40,448 nt of DNA. It comes from a virus (Duplodnaviria; Caudoviricetes). Made by a program: the position numbers and the translations under genes. The DNA lies in IMG/VR virus record IMGVR_UViG_3300032332_001535, positions 1-40,448 of that record; one strand, given 5' to 3'. This document shows positions 36,558 through 40,448 of the stretch, in pieces. The notes under the pieces are model-generated. The model did no database searches and was not told where the DNA came from. It was given only the letters and a program-made list of their open reading frames with translations. Every line of letters begins with the position of its first letter. Position 1 is the stretch's first letter.

Positions 36558-37628
36558 TCAGGAAAGGCCTGAGATATCAAGCTTGGCTGGTGAGGCTGGA
36601 GTGACAGGGTTGCTGCCGCCCTTGACGATGCGTGAAAGGCCGCGAGCGTTAAGGATGAGCATGCCGATAAGTTCGTCCATGACCCAACCCTTCCAAAATG
36701 TTTCAACATTATGGTTCTCTTCAACGTCAAGTGAGTACATGACGGGCATAACACCGACGTAATCAGGCTCAGCGGTAAGGAATACCTCGCCCTGTGGGAC
36801 GATGATTGAACGCTGGATCTGGAATTCACCAAATGTGGTGATCTTCTCTCCACCGAATACCTTATCCTTGAATTCAAAGCCAGTTACGTTGAGATCCCAG
36901 TTGTAGAAATCGCGAGCGTCAGCAGGGTGAATGATGACACGGCGAGCTTCAAGCTGATTGATCTCGATCTGTGAAACAGCGCTGTAAAAGTCGCTAGGCT
37001 CAAGTGGGTTACCATCACCAATAAGGATGGTCTGCTCACCTGCTGAACCAGCGGCAATACCGGTCTGACGACCACCGGTTGCGCCAGCGCCAACTGTGTT
37101 ATTGTTACGTGCAGTACCAAGCTCAGCAATAGCAGCCTCAAGAAGAAGGATAAGACGGGCGTCCTCCTGCTTCTGGATTGCCTGACGGCTCTCGTCCTGT
37201 GCGTACTCAACAGCGTTTACACGAAGGTAGTACAGATCTTCCTTACGGATACGTGGGAACGTAGCGATACGGAAAAGCTGAGGGAATGCCTGCTTGCCTT
37301 CGAATGGGGTGATCTTAACTTCCGAGTCGGTCTGATTAAGGATATAAGCCCTACCCAGATCGTCAAGGATGTCGTATGGCATAAGTGGACCGCGCTCCAG
37401 AGTATCCTCAATAAGAACATTACGAGTAATGCCCTCATAACGAAGACGGATCTGGATTGGGCCGATCATGCCCTGACCAATGCGGCGCATTGCGTTCGAT
37501 GAATCCTTTAGGATTGATTGAAGCTTCTGTGCCTTTGCTTCTTTGGTAAGCTTAGGTGCGTTAGCAAGCTTAGCCTCGTAGTCGGCTGATGAAACAGCCT
37601 TGCGTGATGTAATTTCCATATTAATCAT
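36558..37628 (-). CDS. Major capsid protein (HK97 fold, Bxz1/cluster C-like)
   Basis: RIGQGMIGPIQIRLRYEGITRNVLIEDTL...YDILDDLG...ITPFEGK...LFRIATFPRIRKEDLYYLR...QAIQKQEDARL closely matches my recollection of the Bxz1-type capsid. Strong SD AAAGGA, biased codon usage, followed by a terminator. Confidence 0.9.
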   Translation of the reverse strand: MINMEITSRKAVSSADYEAKLANAPKLTKEAKAQKLQSILKDSSNAMRRIGQGMIGPIQIRLRYEGITRNVLIEDTLERGPLMPYDILDDLGRAYILNQTDSEVKITPFEGKQAFPQLFRIATFPRIRKEDLYYLRVNAVEYAQDESRQAIQKQEDARLILLLEAAIAELGTARNNNTVGAGATGGRQTGIAAGSAGEQTILIGDGNPLEPSDFYSAVSQIEINQLEARRVIIHPADARDFYNWDLNVTGFEFKDKVFGGEKITTFGEFQIQRSIIVPQGEVFLTAEPDYVGVMPVMYSLDVEENHNVETFWKGWVMDELIGMLILNARGLSRIVKGGSNPVTPASPAKLDISGLS

Positions 37629-37637
37629 GTTCCTTTC

Positions 37638-38243
37638 TTATACCAGTAGGTCCACGGTAATACGGCTTGCGCTAGTACGTTCTACAAGACGCGCAACTGG
37701 TTTTTTGTTTGATGGGGCTGATGAAAGCGAAACAAGGCGACCATCGGGACCACCATAAAGCAGAACATCTGAACCTACGGCGCCCGCTCCTGAGATTGCG
37801 GCAGTTAGTGATTGAGCGCCTGAGATTGCACTACCATCTGACAGCGTTCCAGCATCGTTAAATGCAGGAGCAAGGATCTCAAATACTGAATCAGGACCAC
37901 GCCAAACGCCGACCGAATTCTGTAATGAATCGCCAGAAAAACCTTCATCAAGGTCTCCGCCAACAAAGTTAGCAAGAAGACCAAATGGTGGCTCAGTGGC
38001 ATTGTCTGTGGCAGCAGCAAGAGCAGTTACGGCTACTTGTTCTGTATTTTTAAGGCGAGTTACCACCATGCCGGGAACAAGTCCAGTCTGAAATTTAAAC
38101 GCTGCTGTAGGCAACGAAAGTACTCCAGATGAACGGTAAGAGTCAGAAAGCGTTGCGGCATAAGGCGTAGCCTGAGTATTTGCATACAATGGCCGACAAG
38201 TGCGCTTCTGATACTTATTAGCTAGATTCTTTAGTCTAAGCAT
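37638..38243 (-). CDS. Capsid decoration/minor capsid protein
   Basis: It lies between scaffold and capsid. LVPGMVV...PFGLLANFVGG...VGVWRG...LLYGG..GRL is a decoration-protein-like pattern. Likely start ATG 38243 after AGGA. Confidence 0.7.
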   Translation of the reverse strand: MLRLKNLANKYQKRTCRPLYANTQATPYAATLSDSYRSSGVLSLPTAAFKFQTGLVPGMVVTRLKNTEQVAVTALAAATDNATEPPFGLLANFVGGDLDEGFSGDSLQNSVGVWRGPDSVFEILAPAFNDAGTLSDGSAISGAQSLTAAISGAGAVGSDVLLYGGPDGRLVSLSSAPSNKKPVARLVERTSASRITVDLLV

Positions 38244-38360
38244 ATTATGTATTTTCCTATTTTGTCTTTGTGATTTTAGTTTCACGCCTTGTGGGCGCTA
38301 CGCCGTTTCAATTGTTTCTAGACGGCGGGTTGTAAAAATAAAGTAATATTCTCTTATTTT

Positions 38361-39251
38361 TTACATAAACAGAGCGGAATCATCTGATTCTGCCTGAGTT
38401 GTTGCGGGAGCAGTACTTGCCTCCCTAACTAGAGACGGAAGCCTCTTAGCTGTCCGCGCCGACTTCTTAAGGCCCGCTGTCTTAACGCGATTAGCGTAAG
38501 CCAGTGAAGCCTCAACAATTGCGGGCGCTGCTTTTTCAAGCTCAGCAACTCTTGCATACTTCTGTGAAGCGTCAAGAATGCCAAGTTCGATCTCAGTATC
38601 AGCCAGTTTGAAAGCCGACATGATATGAGCGGTGCTATCATTACCATCACCAAAAGCGTGATCCTTAGAATCAACTCCAGTTGGGTAAAATTCCTTACTA
38701 TTCTGATCGTGGTAGAAACTCTTATTCTGAGGATCTACTGGATCAGCCTGACGAGTAACCGCGCTATTACCATCTGGGAAAGTAGCCGTTGGGCCAGAAT
38801 CCTGAGTGGTAATTGCATGTGGTCCCTTGTCATCTGTTACACTAATGCGGTCATCGGCCTTACCAATTGGATCGGAAGGCTCTGCACCACGAACATCTGA
38901 TACAACCCAAGATGAAGACTTAACGCCTTCTTCACTAGCTGGGAATGGATCATGACTTACGGGAGATTCCTGACCAAGTGAGTCACCCTTATCGCCATGG
39001 AAAGTATCCGTATGGATAGCTTCAATGTTCTTTGAGTGCTCATCGCCCTGATCAACTTCTACTGTCTTTTCATCGCCAGTGCCAACACCAGAAATGCCAC
39101 CGATATCGGTAACATTAACCTGAGCGTCAGCCTTGGATGCGTCTTCATTTGAAGCTCCACCAACGCCACCAGTTCCGACTACATCAGTATTGTAGTCAGG
39201 CTTGGCAACAGCCGGTGCGCTTGTCATTGCGTCAGCGATATGTGTTTCCAT
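38361..39251 (-). CDS. Putative nested in-frame scaffolding protein (296 aa)
   Basis: Internal AAAAGGA-acaac-ATG (METHIADA...) is in frame with the protease ORF. The product is acidic and disordered with a helical basic C-terminus. Confidence 0.55.
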   Translation of the reverse strand: METHIADAMTSAPAVAKPDYNTDVVGTGGVGGASNEDASKADAQVNVTDIGGISGVGTGDEKTVEVDQGDEHSKNIEAIHTDTFHGDKGDSLGQESPVSHDPFPASEEGVKSSSWVVSDVRGAEPSDPIGKADDRISVTDDKGPHAITTQDSGPTATFPDGNSAVTRQADPVDPQNKSFYHDQNSKEFYPTGVDSKDHAFGDGNDSTAHIMSAFKLADTEIELGILDASQKYARVAELEKAAPAIVEASLAYANRVKTAGLKKSARTAKRLPSLVREASTAPATTQAESDDSALFM

Positions 39252-40448
39252 GTTGTTCCTTTTTCTGTTACCAGCAGCCGCAAGGAAATCCGATGCGGTG
39301 CGAACTGATGATGTGACGGGCTGTTTAGGGTCCTTCACAACATAGTCTTGCGGCTCATTAGACGCTGGTGGCGTCTGAACCGGAAGTATTGGTCGTTCAA
39401 TTTTATTGATTTGTGAAATTTTTGTGTCGGATACTGTCCATCCGGCATCTGTTACATGAGAGAGTGTAGGCAAATTATTAGTATCAACATCTAAAGTTGA
39501 TAAAGATTCTTCATTTGCTTCTTCTGATTCATCATGCTTTTTAGCGGCGCTAAGATCTGGATCGCCAAATCCTTCAGGCTCTGCTTCATAACCACAAACG
39601 TCGCATTGTGGGCCATCCATAATTTCGCCACAAATGTCGCAAACCTTATCTTCGCGCAAAGTATCTACTTCTTCAGGAGCGCGAGTTTTAGTGATCTGTG
39701 GCTTATCATTAGAAGTTTTTTCACTCTTATCATGGCCAACTTCTTTGCCAACAACGGATTCGGCCCAAGAGCGACCTGAATCTCCGCCCCAAAGCATCCA
39801 AGCAGTCTTCCAAGGTGAGTTACCTTTGCCGCCATCATCTGGGCGAGTCTTATCATGACGCTCAAAGAATGAATGCATACGCTTAACATGATCAAGGCTT
39901 AGAGCCTTGCCTGAAGCGATATCATGAGCACGACCTTTGGTTGCAGATTCAAGACCATCGCCAGCCTCGCCAGCTTCAACCATTTCAAGACCACGACGAG
40001 CATTGTTTTGTACTGACTCTGGTGGAGCAAATCCTTCAGATGCATTCTTTTGATTTTTCTTTTTGTTCATTGTGGCATAAAAAACTTCTTCGCCTTTTTC
40101 TTCGCCATACTGATCAATCATTGAATCTTTTGCCTTTTGAGCAGATCCTGCGCCGCCAAAGTACTTATCGTATTCACTCATTGGACCAAATTTATTCATT
40201 GAGGCTTCCTTTACATTTGAACGAACCTCGCGGATAAGAGCAGTCTCATCGGCGGGGTCAAATACTGCTGAAATCTCAAAGAACTTAATGCCGTAGCAAT
40301 CCTCATATGATTTCTTTGAAGTTTTATGACCCGTCTCAGGATCGATGTAATCGCACATAGCGCCCTTCATGCGAACGTGGTTGCAAAATTCATCAGGGGT
40401 AGTTGCAGAGTTCTTGCAGATATTGCAAACGGAGCGCTCTACGTCACA
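38361..40448 (-). CDS. Capsid maturation protease-scaffold fusion (5' end outside the window)
   Basis: The frame is open to 40448: CDVERSVCNICKNSATTPDEFCNHVRMKG...YEDCYGIKFFEISAVFDPADETA is a Zn-finger-containing prohead protease motif. It lies upstream of the decoration and capsid genes. Confidence 0.8.
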   Translation of the reverse strand, partial: CDVERSVCNICKNSATTPDEFCNHVRMKGAMCDYIDPETGHKTSKKSYEDCYGIKFFEISAVFDPADETALIREVRSNVKEASMNKFGPMSEYDKYFGGAGSAQKAKDSMIDQYGEEKGEEVFYATMNKKKNQKNASEGFAPPESVQNNARRGLEMVEAGEAGDGLESATKGRAHDIASGKALSLDHVKRMHSFFERHDKTRPDDGGKGNSPWKTAWMLWGGDSGRSWAESVVGKEVGHDKSEKTSNDKPQITKTRAPEEVDTLREDKVCDICGEIMDGPQCDVCGYEAEPEGFGDPDLSAAKKHDESEEANEESLSTLDVDTNNLPTLSHVTDAGWTVSDTKISQINKIERPILPVQTPPASNEPQDYVVKDPKQPVTSSVRTASDFLAAAGNRKRNNMETHIADAMTSAPAVAKPDYNTDVVGTGGVGGASNEDASKADAQVNVTDIGGISGVGTGDEKTVEVDQGDEHSKNIEAIHTDTFHGDKGDSLGQESPVSHDPFPASEEGVKSSSWVVSDVRGAEPSDPIGKADDRISVTDDKGPHAITTQDSGPTATFPDGNSAVTRQADPVDPQNKSFYHDQNSKEFYPTGVDSKDHAFGDGNDSTAHIMSAFKLADTEIELGILDASQKYARVAELEKAAPAIVEASLAYANRVKTAGLKKSARTAKRLPSLVREASTAPATTQAESDDSALFM

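Noticed and set aside
1-40448. CRISPR array, tRNA/rRNA genes, stop-codon reassignment, introns or inteins
   Set aside because: No spaced repeats or cloverleafs seen in the short intergenic gaps. Genes tile densely in the standard code using TAA, TGA and TAG stops. No intein or splicing motifs recognised.

Overview
This window is part of a tailed dsDNA phage genome with a contractile (myovirus-type) tail, read in the standard genetic code. The major capsid protein (36558-37628), the protease/scaffold and the baseplate hub resemble, from recall rather than a database search, the Bxz1/cluster C-like actinobacteriophage myoviruses. The DNA is much more AT-rich than those phages. Positions 1-4016 (+) carry a sigma-70 region-4-like gene, a Zn-ribbon protein, a double-HNH endonuclease, an HTH protein and an SNF2-type helicase. 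Positions 4013-40448 (-) are a long virion morphogenesis region: protease/scaffold, decoration protein, capsid, neck, sheath, tube, tail assembly chaperone with a -1 frameshift, tape measure, hub, spike, wedge and minor tail proteins. Two opposite-strand inserts interrupt it. The most striking feature is a split and triplicated baseplate hub (17460-23289). Three intact paralogues of the hub N-half each carry a different peptidoglycan-hydrolase warhead (amidase + SLT; NlpC/P60; RlpA-like DPBB). A single separately translated C-half follows and starts with a degenerate M23-like domain. This fits a heterotrimeric multi-enzyme cell-wall drill. All functional calls come from motifs and synteny read by eye. 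I saw no tRNA, rRNA or CRISPR array.
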